From Chloroflexota bacterium (GTDB lineage Bacteria > Chloroflexota > Limnocylindria > Limnocylindrales > CSP1-4), in the NCBI GenBank assembly GCA_040752335.1, contig JBFMEV010000008.1:3272-67271 (forward strand): a stretch of DNA of 64,000 nucleotides, given 5' to 3'. Position 1 is the first letter of the stretch, and each line of letters begins with the position of its first letter. Shown here in pieces: positions 34,180-43,973 of the stretch. The position numbers were made by a program, and so were the translations under genes. Below the pieces are notes generated by a model, which ran no database searches, was not told the origin of the DNA, and worked only from the letters and a program-made list of their open reading frames with translations.

Positions 34180-34860
34180 ATGAACCAGTACGTCCAGGCG
34201 ATGGTCCTCGGCCTCGACCCGACGTGGCGCCGGCTCGACGGCGCCACCCGGGCCGCGGGCGCCGCCGCGTTCGCCGAGGTCATCGAGGGCCGCAACGACG
34301 TCGTCACCGCGACGTACGAGATGATCGGGCGGCGGGCCGCAGCGGACATCCTGGTCTGGCGCCTCGCGCCGAGCGTCGACGTCCTCGACGACGAAGCGGC
34401 GCGCCTCCTCCGGACCGGCGTCGGGAGGTGGCTGTCGGTCCGCGAGTCGTTCCTCGGGCGGATCAGTGAATCGCAGTACGTCGCCCGTCCCACGAGCCAG
34501 GAGCAGTCGCTCTTCGCCGGTGACCGCGCCCGGTACCTCATCGTCTATCCGTTCACGAAATCGGTCGAGTGGTACCTGCTCCCGCGCGAGGTCCGCCAGG
34601 GCTCGATGAACGAGCACATGCGCGTCGGGCGGGCGTATCCGCAGGTGCGCCAGCTGCTGGCCTACTCGTTCGGCCTCGATGACCATGACTTCCTGGTGGC
34701 CTACGAGACCGATGACCTGCCCGCGTTCTCCGAGCTCGTCCGGGAGCTCCGCGCCACTGACGCTCGCCGCTCGACCGTCCGTGACACGCCGATCCTGCTC
34801 GGGGTTCACCGGCCGATGTCGGAGATCCTGGAGCTCCTTGGCGCCGCCGATCCGGGCTGA
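34180..34860 (+). CDS. chdC: Coproheme decarboxylase (HemQ/ChdC, chlorite-dismutase family)
   Basis: …YLIVYPFTKSVEWYLL…MNEHMRVGRAYPQVRQLLAYSFGLDDHDFLVAYETDDL…FSELVRELR… matches the HemQ family pattern. Confidence 0.85.
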   Translation: MNQYVQAMVLGLDPTWRRLDGATRAAGAAAFAEVIEGRNDVVTATYEMIGRRAAADILVWRLAPSVDVLDDEAARLLRTGVGRWLSVRESFLGRISESQYVARPTSQEQSLFAGDRARYLIVYPFTKSVEWYLLPREVRQGSMNEHMRVGRAYPQVRQLLAYSFGLDDHDFLVAYETDDLPAFSELVRELRATDARRSTVRDTPILLGVHRPMSEILELLGAADPG

Positions 34861-34900
34861 GCGGGCGCGGCCGGGACGCCCTCGCCGGTATCGTTGGGAC

Positions 34901-35890
34901 GTGTCCGATCCCGCGCAGCCGACGGAGGCCGTCCCGGCGGTCGTCCAGCCGGCCGTCCCGGCGGCCGTCCCGCCGGCCGTCCCGCCGGCCCTTCGCGACG
35001 CGATCCTTGGCTGGTTCGATGCGGAGGGCCGGCCGCTGGCGTTCCGGGCGACGACCGACCCGTGGGCGATCCTCGTCTCGGAGGCGATGGCCCAGCAGAC
35101 CCAGGCCGCCCGGGCGGCCGACGCCTGGGGTCGCTTCCTCGCCGAGTATCCGACGGCAGCCACCCTCGCCACGGCGACGCCGGCGGCCGTCCTGCGGGCC
35201 TGGCGCGGCCTCGGCTACAACCGCCGGGCGCTGGCCCTCCGACGAGCGGCGATGGCGATCGTCGACGAGCACGGCGGCCGGGTGCCGTCCGAGATCGAGG
35301 CGCTGCGGCGCCTCCCGGGCGTGGGGCCATACACCGCCAGGGCCGTGGCGGCGCTGGCCTTCGGGCGGCGCGTGGGAGCGGTGGACACGAACGTTCGACG
35401 GGTGCTGAACCGGGCCGTCGGCGGCCGGCCGGGGGCGTTCACCGAGGCGCAGCTCCAGGCCGTTGCCGATGACTCCGTCCCGGCCGACCGGCCCGGCGAG
35501 TGGACCCACGCCCTGATGGACGTCGGCGCGACGTTCTGCCGGCCGCGGGCGCCGTGCTGCGAGGCCTGCCCGGCCAGGCCCTGGTGTCGGGCGGCGATCG
35601 ATGGGACCGCGGAGGTTCGAGCGGCCGCCTCCGGGTCGGTCGCCGTCAGCGCCCGGCCTCGTGTCACACGCGAGCGCCCCGATGCCTTCGAGTCGACGTC
35701 GCGCTGGCTGCGCGGCCTGATCCTCGACGCGCTGCGGGACGCGCCGCCAGAGGGCTGGGCGCGGCTCGACGCGCCGCTCGGCGGCCACGACGGTCCCGCC
35801 CTGGAGACCGCCCTCAGCGGGCTCGCCCGCGACGGCCTGGCCGAGCGCCATCCAACGGATGCGTCGCTGGCCCGGCTGCCGCTGGCCTGA
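34901..35890 (+). CDS. HhH-GPD / [4Fe-4S] adenine DNA glycosylase (MutY-like)
   Basis: …PWAILVSEAMAQQTQ…LGYNRRA…LPGVGPYTARAV…VDTNVRRV… The 4-Cys cluster is CRPRAPCCEACPARPWC. GTG at 34901 is the first in-frame start after the chdC stop. Confidence 0.8.
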   Translation: MSDPAQPTEAVPAVVQPAVPAAVPPAVPPALRDAILGWFDAEGRPLAFRATTDPWAILVSEAMAQQTQAARAADAWGRFLAEYPTAATLATATPAAVLRAWRGLGYNRRALALRRAAMAIVDEHGGRVPSEIEALRRLPGVGPYTARAVAALAFGRRVGAVDTNVRRVLNRAVGGRPGAFTEAQLQAVADDSVPADRPGEWTHALMDVGATFCRPRAPCCEACPARPWCRAAIDGTAEVRAAASGSVAVSARPRVTRERPDAFESTSRWLRGLILDALRDAPPEGWARLDAPLGGHDGPALETALSGLARDGLAERHPTDASLARLPLA

Positions 35891-35913
35891 CGCTCCGGTA
35901 GGCTTGACCGGCC

Positions 35914-36717
35914 GTGAACGTGTCCGCCCCTGCCACCGACCTGCCCGCGCCGCTGCCGGCCGACGATCCAGAGCTCTTCTCGCTCGACCTCCGCGGGCTC
36001 CGGGCTCGCTGGGCCGCGGCCGCCGCCCGGTCGCCGATCGGGGCGGAGGCGATGGCCGGCGCCGATCTCCGGGCCCAGGCGCTCGGCGTACCGGGTGAGC
36101 GGCTCATGGAGCATGCCGGGGCCGCGGTCGCGGCCGCGGTCCACGCCATCGCCCGGGCGACGGGCCGGGTCGGCAAGGGCCCGGTCCTCATCCTGTGCGG
36201 GCCCGGCAACAACGGCGGCGACGGCTTCGTCGCGGCGCGGCGGCTCGCGGAGGCGGGCACGGAGGTCGTCGTGGCCCTCGTCTCGACGGCGCCGCGGCCC
36301 TCGACGCCGGACGCGGCCCGCAACTGGGATCGACTCAACACTCTGCCGCGGGTGACCCGGGTCCTGACCCCGGTCGCGCGCGACACCGCGATGCTTGCCG
36401 CCGACATTGACCGGGCCTCGCTCGTCGTCGATGCCCTCCTCGGGACCGGCGTCCGGGGCGCTCTCCGCGAGCCGATCCGAGGCGCCGTCGAGCTCGTTGC
36501 CAAGGCCCGGGCCCTCGGCATCCCGATCGTCGCCGTGGATACCCCGACCGCCGTCGACCTCTCCTCGGGCGACCCGTCCGACCCCGTCGTCCAGGCCGAC
36601 CTCACGGTCACCTTCCATCGACCCAAGTCCGGCCTCCTGACCCGGCGCGGGGCGGCCCTCGCCGGCAAGATCCTCGTCGCCCCGATCGGGATCCCGCTCG
36701 AGGCCGACCGTGGCTGA
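35914..36717 (+). CDS. nnrE: NAD(P)H-hydrate epimerase (YjeF N-terminal domain only)
   Basis: …ILCGPGNNGGDGFVAARRL…VDALLGTG…VAVDTPT…. Confidence 0.8.
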   Translation: MNVSAPATDLPAPLPADDPELFSLDLRGLRARWAAAAARSPIGAEAMAGADLRAQALGVPGERLMEHAGAAVAAAVHAIARATGRVGKGPVLILCGPGNNGGDGFVAARRLAEAGTEVVVALVSTAPRPSTPDAARNWDRLNTLPRVTRVLTPVARDTAMLAADIDRASLVVDALLGTGVRGALREPIRGAVELVAKARALGIPIVAVDTPTAVDLSSGDPSDPVVQADLTVTFHRPKSGLLTRRGAALAGKILVAPIGIPLEADRG

Positions 36718-36734
36718 TTGGCGGGCGGACCTGG

Positions 36735-36968
36735 TTGAGCGCTCGGAGGTCGATCGTGGTTGAGCGGGCGCCGGTCGGCGCCCGCCACGTGGTCATCGTC
36801 GCGGTGGTCGCCGTTGGCGTCGTCCTCGGCGCGGCGGTCGTGACCAGCCTGCTCCCGGAGGGCGTCCAGCGCTTCCTGTTCCATGAACCGGTGACGATTG
36901 GCGTGCTCGTCGCCGGGACCGCGTTCGTCCTGTGGCGCGTCGCGACGCGCCAGCCGCCCGAGCCGTGA
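36735..36968 (+). CDS. Small two-TM hypothetical membrane protein
   Basis: Two hydrophobic helices (VVIVAVVAVGVVLGAAVV, IGVLVAGTAFVLW). Its stop overlaps a GTG in the glpD frame (GTGA). No homology recognised. Confidence 0.4.
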   Translation: MSARRSIVVERAPVGARHVVIVAVVAVGVVLGAAVVTSLLPEGVQRFLFHEPVTIGVLVAGTAFVLWRVATRQPPEP

Positions 36969-38710
36969 ACGAGCCGCCCCGGCCGGCGGTCGCGGCCCGG
37001 CGAAGGGCCCTGGAGGCGCTCGCCTCGGAGCGTTTCGACGTCCTCGTGGTCGGTGGCGGGATCGTGGGCTGCGGGGCCGCCCTGGACGCGGCCAGTCGCG
37101 GCCTCCGGACGGCCCTCATCGAGCAGACGGACATCGGGGCGGGGACGTCATCCCGCAGCTCGCGGCTGATCCACGGCGGCCTGCGCTACCTCGAGCAGCT
37201 CCACTTCGGCCTCGTCGCCGAGGCCCTCGACGAGCGCGCCCGGCTCCTCCGGCTGGCGTCCCACCTGGTCCGCCTGGAGCCGTTCCTGTTCCCCATCTAC
37301 GGCCTGCCGCTCGTCCACCAGGGCTTCTACGGCGCCGGGATCTTCCTGTACGACCTCCTGGGATCCAGGCACGGCGGGGGCTTCGCCCGCCACATGCGGG
37401 CCGAGGCGGCCCGCGAGTTCGCGCCCCAGCTCCGGTCCCAGGGCCTCCAGGCCGGGATCCTGTACCACGACGGGGTCGAGGACGACGCCCGCTATACCCT
37501 CGCCGTTGCGCGGACGGCGATCCAGACCGGGCCAGGAACGGTCATCGCCACCCGCGTCCAGGGCCAGGCAACGCTGACCGAGGCAGGGCGAGCGATCGGG
37601 GTCCGGGCCCGTGACCTCGTCTCCGGCGACGCGCTCGACATCCGGGCGGAGCGTGTCGTCGATGCGACGGGCGCCTGGGCGGCCCACGCTGGCGACAACG
37701 GCTCGGGCGTCGCCGCGGCCGCCGCCCGGATCGTCCCCAGCCGCGGCGCCCACCTGGTGATCCGTCGCGAGCGGCTCCAGGCGGCCGGGGGGATGACCCT
37801 CCGGATCCCTGGCCGGGTCGTCTTCGTCATCCCCTGGCCGGACCGCTGGATCATCGGCACGACCGACCACGCCGACACCCGCCCGCCCGAGCGTCCCACG
37901 GCCCTCGACGAGGACGTCGACGAGCTTCTCGAGGTCGTCAACCATCGTCTCGACATCGATCTCTCGCGGGCCGACATCCTGGCCACGTACGCCGGGCTTC
38001 GGCCGCTCGTGGGCGACGTCGGCGGCTCGACCGTGAAGGCCTCGCGCGAGCACAAGGTGACGACCGACGATGCCGGCGTCGTCCGGATCGGCGGCGGCAA
38101 GTACACGACCTACCGGATCATGGCCCGCGACACGATCGACGCCGCGCTGGGCCGCGACGAGGCCCGGCGGCGCCCATCCGCCACGGCCGAGCTGCCGCTG
38201 GTGGGGGCCGCAACCCGCGAGGCACTCGGGGCGCTGGCGACGTCGATCGCCCGGCAGACCGGCCTGTCCGACCAGGTCTCGCGGCGGCTCGTGGACCGGC
38301 ACGGCTCGCGCGCGCTCGAGGTCATCGCCCTGGGCCGGGAGCTCGACCTCCTGCAGCCCCTGGCGCCCGATATTGACCATCTCGAGGCCGAGGTCGCCTG
38401 GGCGGCCCGCGATGAGCTCGCCGGCTCGCTCGACGACGTCCTCGCCCGCCGGATGCGACTGGCCCAGGAGCGGACGGACCACGGCGGCGCGGTGGCGCCG
38501 CGGGTTGCCGCGATCCTCGGCGCCGAGCTCGGCTGGGATCCGGCCGTCCAGGCGGCCGAGATCGCGCGCTACGTGACCGGCGCGGCCGTCGAGTACGCCG
38601 TGCCGGAGGGCGTGGCCGCGGGTGCGGTCGGGGCGGCGGCCGGGCCCGCGGGGATGGGTGAGCCGGCGCCGGCGGCGGCCAGCCCGGCCGCGCTCGTCCG
38701 CGACACCTGA
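36965..38710 (+). CDS. glpD: FAD-dependent glycerol-3-phosphate dehydrogenase
   Basis: [22 protein letters not shown], …[15 protein letters not shown]…, and the GlpD C-terminal helical domain. The start could be 36932 or 36965. I prefer 36965 because of the GTGA coupling. Confidence 0.88.
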   Translation: MNEPPRPAVAARRRALEALASERFDVLVVGGGIVGCGAALDAASRGLRTALIEQTDIGAGTSSRSSRLIHGGLRYLEQLHFGLVAEALDERARLLRLASHLVRLEPFLFPIYGLPLVHQGFYGAGIFLYDLLGSRHGGGFARHMRAEAAREFAPQLRSQGLQAGILYHDGVEDDARYTLAVARTAIQTGPGTVIATRVQGQATLTEAGRAIGVRARDLVSGDALDIRAERVVDATGAWAAHAGDNGSGVAAAAARIVPSRGAHLVIRRERLQAAGGMTLRIPGRVVFVIPWPDRWIIGTTDHADTRPPERPTALDEDVDELLEVVNHRLDIDLSRADILATYAGLRPLVGDVGGSTVKASREHKVTTDDAGVVRIGGGKYTTYRIMARDTIDAALGRDEARRRPSATAELPLVGAATREALGALATSIARQTGLSDQVSRRLVDRHGSRALEVIALGRELDLLQPLAPDIDHLEAEVAWAARDELAGSLDDVLARRMRLAQERTDHGGAVAPRVAAILGAELGWDPAVQAAEIARYVTGAAVEYAVPEGVAAGAVGAAAGPAGMGEPAPAAASPAALVRDT

Positions 38711-38718
38711 GCCGCAGC

Positions 38719-40245
38719 GTGACCCGCGGCGCGGGCGGGGACACCGCCCCGGACCTGATCCTCGCGCTCGACCAGGGCACGACCTCTTCCCGGGCGATCG
38801 CGTTCGGCCACGATGGGCGCCCGGTTGCCAGCGCCCAGCAGCCCTTCGAGCAGCGCTTCCCCTCGCCGGGCCACGTGACCCACGACCCGGAGGCGATCTG
38901 GGGCTCGCAGCTCGGCGTCGCCCGCGAGGTCGTTGCCCGGGTCGGCGGAGCGGCGCGGATCGCCGCGATCGGGATCGCCAACCAGCGCGAGACGACGATC
39001 GTCTGGGACCGGGCCAGCGGCGCGCCGGTCGCCGACGCGATCGTCTGGCAGAGCCGGATTACCGCGCCGGCCTGCGAGCGGCTGCGAACCGCCGGCCTGG
39101 AGCCGCTCTTCCGGGAGCGGACGGGCCTGCCCCTCGATGCCTACTTCTCGGGCCCCAAGATCGCACACATCCTCGACGGGGTGGTCGGGGCGCGGGCGCG
39201 AGCCGAGCGCGGCGAGCTCGCCTTCGGGACCGTGGATTCGTTCCTGGCCTGGCGGCTGACGGGCGGCCGCGTCCACGCGACCGACGTCTCGAACGCCAGC
39301 CGGACCCTCCTCTTCGACCTCGACCGCCTGGCCTGGGACGACGAGCTCCTGGAGCACGTCGGTGCGCCGCGGGCGATCCTGCCCGAGGTCATCCCGACGT
39401 CGGGCGTCCTCGGCGAGACGGAGGCGTCGCTGTTCGGGCGGGCCATCCCGATCGCCGCCCTCGCCGGCGACCAGCAGGCGGCGACGTTCGGCCAGGCCTG
39501 CTTCCGACCGGGCGAGGCCAAGGTCACGTACGGGACCGGGGCGTTCCTGCTCCTGAACGTGGGGGAGCGCCCGGTCGCCTCGCGGAACCGTCTCCTCACG
39601 ACGGTCCTCTGGCAACTGGGCGCCGGCGGGCCCGTGGCCTACGCCCTCGAGGGCTCCGTGTTCGTGGCCGGGGCCGCGGTCCAGTGGCTCCGCGACGGCC
39701 TCCGGGCGTTCGATGCGTCGGCGGACATCGAGCGGCTCGCGGCGTCCGTCCCCGACGCGGGCGGCGTGGTCGTCGTGCCGGCGTTCACCGGCCTCGGCGC
39801 CCCGTACTGGGATCCCGACGCCCGCGGCGCGATCCTCGGCATCACCCGGGGCACCGGCCTGGCCGAAATCGCCCGGGCGACCCTCGACGGCATCGCCCAC
39901 CAGGTTACCGACGTCGTCGAGGCTATGGCCGCCGACACCGGCCGGCCGCTGGCGGCCCTGCGCGCCGACGGCGGAGCGTCGGCCAACGACGGGCTCCTCC
40001 AGCTCCAGGCCGATCTCCTGGGACTGCCGGTCGAGCGGCCGGTCGTCGCCGAGACGACGGCCCTGGGGGCGGCGTATCTCGCCGGGCTCGCCGTCGGCTT
40101 CTGGCACGACACCGCCGAGCTCGAGGCGAACTGGGCCCTCGACCGGCGCTTCGCACCGTCGATGGCGGGGGAGCGGCGAGCCTCGATACGCCGGACCTGG
40201 GCCCGGGCGGTCGATCGCGTCAGGGGCTGGGTCAGGGACGAGTAG
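38719..40245 (+). CDS. glpK: Glycerol kinase
   Basis: [11 protein letters not shown], …[11 protein letters not shown]…, …[10 protein letters not shown]…, …[12 protein letters not shown]…. Confidence 0.93.
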   Translation: MTRGAGGDTAPDLILALDQGTTSSRAIAFGHDGRPVASAQQPFEQRFPSPGHVTHDPEAIWGSQLGVAREVVARVGGAARIAAIGIANQRETTIVWDRASGAPVADAIVWQSRITAPACERLRTAGLEPLFRERTGLPLDAYFSGPKIAHILDGVVGARARAERGELAFGTVDSFLAWRLTGGRVHATDVSNASRTLLFDLDRLAWDDELLEHVGAPRAILPEVIPTSGVLGETEASLFGRAIPIAALAGDQQAATFGQACFRPGEAKVTYGTGAFLLLNVGERPVASRNRLLTTVLWQLGAGGPVAYALEGSVFVAGAAVQWLRDGLRAFDASADIERLAASVPDAGGVVVVPAFTGLGAPYWDPDARGAILGITRGTGLAEIARATLDGIAHQVTDVVEAMAADTGRPLAALRADGGASANDGLLQLQADLLGLPVERPVVAETTALGAAYLAGLAVGFWHDTAELEANWALDRRFAPSMAGERRASIRRTWARAVDRVRGWVRDE

Positions 40246-40360
40246 GGGCGCGCCGGCGCCTTCGCGTCAGCGCGCGTCACGAAGGCGTCACGCGCCCGTC
40301 AGCGCCCTGTCATCGGCGCTGGTCAGGCTGGCCGGACAAGCCGCCCCCACGAGGTGAGCC

Positions 40361-40849
40361 ATGGATCGCACCCGTCGCATCGCCCCCAGCCTGGCCGGTC
40401 TCGCCGCCATCTCGTTGCTCATCGTGGCCTGCGGGGCCGCGGCCTCGCCCTCGCCAACCGCCGCACCTTCGCCGACCGCAGCCCCGACGCCGACCCCTGG
40501 CCAGATGCAGGTCATGGCGACCGGCGAGCTCGAGGACATCGATGGCACGGCGTCCGGGACGGCCAAGCTGGTGGTGGAGGCCGACGGCAGCTATGCCCTG
40601 GTCCTGGAGGACTTCGCCATCGATTCGGCCGCCCACACCAGCGTCCTCCTCGTCGCCGAGGCCGTCCACATGACCGACGAGGTCGATGCCGCCGCAGCCC
40701 TCGACCTCGGCCCCCTCCAGGGGACGTCCGGGATGCAGTCGTACCCGATCCCGGCCGACATGGCGGCCGGCGTCATGGACGGCTACCACGCCGTCGTGAT
40801 CTGGGACACAGAGATGACCCACGCGATCGCTGCGGCGGAGCTTGGCTGA
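40361..40849 (+). CDS. Lipoprotein with DM13-like beta-sandwich domain
   Basis: The lipobox is LLIVAC. An Ala/Pro/Thr linker follows. …GTASGTAKLVVEADGSYALVLEDFAIDSAAHTSVLLV… resembles the DM13 domain. Confidence 0.6.
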   Translation: MDRTRRIAPSLAGLAAISLLIVACGAAASPSPTAAPSPTAAPTPTPGQMQVMATGELEDIDGTASGTAKLVVEADGSYALVLEDFAIDSAAHTSVLLVAEAVHMTDEVDAAAALDLGPLQGTSGMQSYPIPADMAAGVMDGYHAVVIWDTEMTHAIAAAELG

Positions 40850-40860
40850 GGCCCGTGAAG

Positions 40861-40899
40861 CGCGGCCGGCGGCGGATCGCCGGCGGATCGCCGGCCGCG
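40861..40899 (+). terminator. Hairpin terminator after the DM13 lipoprotein gene
   Basis: CGCGGCCGGCG-(17 nt)-CGCCGGCCGCG is an 11-bp perfect stem. It begins 12 nt after the stop. Confidence 0.5.
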
Positions 40900-40997
40900 A
40901 ATTCGGGGCTAGGCAGGTATCTGGATGTCGTCTACACTCCCGGAGCCCAATGTCGAGGCACCGGTCTCGACTGCATACGCGTAGACGACCACGAACC

Positions 40998-41061
40998 GGA
41001 CTCCTCTCACGGCTGACGCGAGAACCCGAGCGCGGGATCGGCGTCGGCTACCGAGAGGAGT
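40998..41061 (+). promoter_or_regulatory. SD-sequestering leader helix upstream of the zinc-ribbon gene
   Basis: ACTCCTCTC (41000-41008) is the perfect complement of GAGAGGAGT (41053-41061). That second segment contains the ribosome-binding site of the TTG-initiated gene at 41066. Confidence 0.35.
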
Positions 41062-41065
41062 TTCT

Positions 41066-41458
41066 TTGTACAGCGACAAGAATCTGACCTGCGCGGACTG
41101 CGGACAGGAGTTCGTCTTCACCGCATCCGAGCAGGACTTTTACGCGCAGCGCGGCTTCACCGAGCCGCGCCGCTGCCCGTCGTGCCGCGCCAGCCGCAAG
41201 GCCGCGCGCGCCTCGACCGGGGCCGGATACGGCTCGGGCAGCGATTACGGCTCGTCCGGCGGCTACTCGGCCGGCGGCAGCTACAGCGCCGGCGGCTACG
41301 GCGGTGGTGGCGGGGGCTACGGCAACCGCGATCGCGGCACCCGCGAGATGTTCACGGCGACCTGCTCCAACTGCGGTAACGAGGCTCGCGTCCCGTTCCG
41401 CCCGACCAGCGGCAAGCCCGTCTACTGCTCCGATTGTTTCAGGACGATGCGGGGCTAG
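41066..41458 (+). CDS. Dual zinc-ribbon protein with a Gly/Tyr/Ser-rich low-complexity linker
   Basis: The N-terminal ribbon is CADCGQEFVFTASEQDFYAQRGFTEPRRCPSC. The linker is GYGSGSDYGSSGGYSAGGSYSAGGYGGGGGGYG. The C-terminal CxxC-x17-CxxC ribbon is CSNCGNEARVPFRPTSGKPVYCSDC. TTG start with GGAG 5 nt upstream. Confidence 0.75.
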   Translation: MYSDKNLTCADCGQEFVFTASEQDFYAQRGFTEPRRCPSCRASRKAARASTGAGYGSGSDYGSSGGYSAGGSYSAGGYGGGGGGYGNRDRGTREMFTATCSNCGNEARVPFRPTSGKPVYCSDCFRTMRG

Positions 41459-41472
41459 CACTCCTCTCGGCA

Positions 41473-41543
41473 CGCGGGTCCAGCGGGGACCCGCGAGAAC
41501 CAGAGCTCAATGCACGACCCGGGCAGTCAGCCGGCCCGGGTCG
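41473..41543 (+). terminator. Two consecutive GC hairpins after the zinc-ribbon gene
   Basis: CGCGGGTCC-AGCGG-GGACCCGCG (41473-41495). CGACCCGGGC-(9 nt)-GCCCGGGTCG (41515-41543), followed by TTCGATT. Confidence 0.5.
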
Positions 41544-41674
41544 TTCGATTCCCTGGCCGATCGGTTGACACGCAGCGCTACCTCGGAGGCGGTTGAGGCC
41601 CGAGGTCCGAGGTAAACCGTCACGGTGTCCTTCGGCCCTGGCGGCCAGCCGCCGGTTGCGCATCATGGCGTACG

Positions 41675-42055
41675 GTGCAGCCAGGGATCGTGCCGCGAAT
41701 CCGGGTCCTCCACGTTGCGGTCGTCGTGACTGTGATGCTGATTGCCACGTTCGTCATCGTCGGTCGACCGAGCCTTCCCTTTCCTGACGGCAACGCGATC
41801 AGCGCCGATCGGGCTGTCGCCATCGCCCGCGACTTCGCCGTCGCCGGGCAGGCCTCGAACGAGGACATCCGCGAGGTCAGAACCGGCAAAGTCGAGGCCG
41901 CCGGCGACTACTGGCGGGTGCAGGTCGATCTCCTCGTCGTCTGGGGCCAGGCGACTGGAGCGACGCCGAACCCTTCGGACCCGCCGATCTGGATCTATTA
42001 CCTGATCGACGTCCACCGAACAACAGGCGCGCCCAGCATCTACGCGCAGGGTTGA
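41675..42055 (+). CDS. Hypothetical membrane-anchored protein
   Basis: One N-terminal TM helix (VLHVAVVVTVMLIATFVIV) followed by a roughly 90-aa soluble domain. No motif recognised. The region has lower GC than its surroundings. Confidence 0.4.
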   Translation: MQPGIVPRIRVLHVAVVVTVMLIATFVIVGRPSLPFPDGNAISADRAVAIARDFAVAGQASNEDIREVRTGKVEAAGDYWRVQVDLLVVWGQATGATPNPSDPPIWIYYLIDVHRTTGAPSIYAQG

Positions 42056-42303
42056 AACCGAGCCCTCGCCTTCGGGACCTCGCGCCGACCTGCTCGAGCC
42101 TGCACGAATCTCTTTCCTGCCCGATGATGCCGCCGTGAACGCCGCGATCGTGGGCCGCTGCACCTGTCTCGAGCGGGTCTCGGGCCTGCTCCGCGCGTGC
42201 GCCTCCGAGCGGCGAGGCATCCGTACCGCGTAGAGCCGCCGTTCCGGTCCGAGCCCGCGTCGCCGCCGTCGAGACCACGAACCAGCCTTCGACGGAGGAA
42301 CCC

Positions 42304-42810
42304 GTGACCACCCAGACTCACAGCGCCGAGTACGCGCGTGCCCTGGCCGAGAACGCGCGCTACGCGGCCCAGTTCGACCACTCGGTGCTGCCCCTGCCGC
42401 CCGGCCGCAAGCTCGCCGTCCTCGCCTGCATGGACGCCCGACTGACGGTCGAGGACGTGCTCGGCCTGCGGACCGGCGACGCCCACATCATCCGCAACGC
42501 CGGCGGCCTCGCCACCGACGACGCGATCCGCTCGCTGGTCATCAGCCAGCAGCTCCTCGGGACCGAGGAGGTCATCGTCATCGAGCACACCGGCTGCGGG
42601 ATGCTCACCTTCCAGGACCACGAGGTCCACCGCGACTTGGTTGCGAAGACCGGCGCCGACATCGATCTTGCGTTCCACGCCTTCCCCGAGCTCGAGGCGA
42701 ACCTGCGCACGCAGGTCGATCGAATCCGGGACCACCCGTGGATCAAGGACGTGCCGGTCCACGGCCTCGTCTACGAGGTCGAATCGGGTCGGCTTCGAGA
42801 AGTCGCCTGA
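42304..42810 (+). CDS. Beta-class carbonic anhydrase
   Basis: The zinc ligands are CMDAR … HTGCG. GGAGGA lies upstream of the GTG start. Confidence 0.85.
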   Translation: MTTQTHSAEYARALAENARYAAQFDHSVLPLPPGRKLAVLACMDARLTVEDVLGLRTGDAHIIRNAGGLATDDAIRSLVISQQLLGTEEVIVIEHTGCGMLTFQDHEVHRDLVAKTGADIDLAFHAFPELEANLRTQVDRIRDHPWIKDVPVHGLVYEVESGRLREVA

Positions 42811-42891
42811 CGTCCGAAGCGGGGGAGTGGCGATCGTCGCCGCTCCCCCGAACGACGCGGCGCCGCCCCCGGCGGTTCCGCCCCGCCCCGC

Positions 42892-43545
42892 CTACGCCGC
42901 CCCGCCACCGCGGCGGCCGCCGAGGAGTCCCAGGTCGAACTTCCGCTCGGTGCCGTGGAGCAGGCGGTCGATGTTGTCGGCGTGGGCCAGCCAGATGAGC
43001 ACCGGGCCGATCGCCGCCCAGCCGACGTAGGCCGGCGGCACCGCACCGGAAGCGACCGCCCAGATGATGAGCGTGGCCGGGAACATCGCGGCCGAGCCGA
43101 GCAGCGAGCCGAGCGACACGTAACGCGTCACCAGGATCGCGACGAAGAACACCGGCGCGGCGAGGACGACCGCGAGCGGCTGGATCACGAGCATCGTCCC
43201 GACCCCGGCCCCCACCCCGCGGCCGCTCCGGAAGCCGGCAAAGACCGACCAGATCGCTCCGGCGACGGCGCCGGCCCCGCACAGCACCTCGGTCAGCGGA
43301 TCGCCGCCGGTCAGGAGCCTGGCCAGGAGCACCGGGCCGGCGCCCTTGGCGAGGTCGCCGGCCACGACGAGCGCAGCCAACTTCCGGCCGAGGGCTCGGA
43401 GGGCGTTGGTCCCGCCGGTCCGGCCGGAGCCGATCGTCCGTGGATCCGGACCGCCGCTGGCCCGGGCGACCACGACACCGACCGGGATCGAACCGATCAG
43501 GTACGCCCCGACCACGAGCAGCACGCGAAGGACGGTCGCGTCCAC
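42892..43545 (-). CDS. plsY: Glycerol-3-phosphate acyltransferase PlsY
   Basis: …YLIGSIPVG…GSGRTGGTNALR… Multi-TM protein. The GTG at 43545 gives a 217-aa protein. The longer track ORF adds an Arg-rich leader. Confidence 0.85.
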   Translation of the reverse strand: MDATVLRVLLVVGAYLIGSIPVGVVVARASGGPDPRTIGSGRTGGTNALRALGRKLAALVVAGDLAKGAGPVLLARLLTGGDPLTEVLCGAGAVAGAIWSVFAGFRSGRGVGAGVGTMLVIQPLAVVLAAPVFFVAILVTRYVSLGSLLGSAAMFPATLIIWAVASGAVPPAYVGWAAIGPVLIWLAHADNIDRLLHGTERKFDLGLLGGRRGGGAA

Positions 43546-43973
43546 GGCGGCGAGTCTAGCATCGGGCTCCCCGGGCGCCCGGGACCCGCGGGCAACGAAG
43601 GCGCGTGTGGGCGCTCCTCGACATGCTGCTGGGGGGTCGCGGGGCCGGTTCCTGTGTCTGGCCGTCAAGTCGTGCCTCGATGGGCCCCTCGCACGGCCCC
43701 GTGTGGGCCCGTCGGATCTCGGCGCGCTCTGCAGCGCCGCTCGGGATGGGCTCCCTTCGGTCGCGCTTCCCGCGTTGGGCCGCTCGGTCGCGCCGCTCGC
43801 GTTTGGCCGCTTGGTTGCGCCCCTCGCGACCCCGCGCGTACCATCGGCGCCGATGATCCACCCGCCCCGCCGGGCTCCCCGGGCGCGCCTCGACGCCGCC
43901 CTCGACGCCGCCGGCGCGGGCCCCTCCCGAACCTCCACGTGAAACCCTCGACCCTTCCGGAGACCGCCTGACC

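Noticed and set aside
34894-35472. A 192-aa alternative-frame ORF at the start of the MutY-like gene.
   Set aside because: It is Arg/Gly/Pro-rich with no motifs. The overlapping frame from the GTG at 34901 carries the HhH-GPD and 4Fe-4S signatures.
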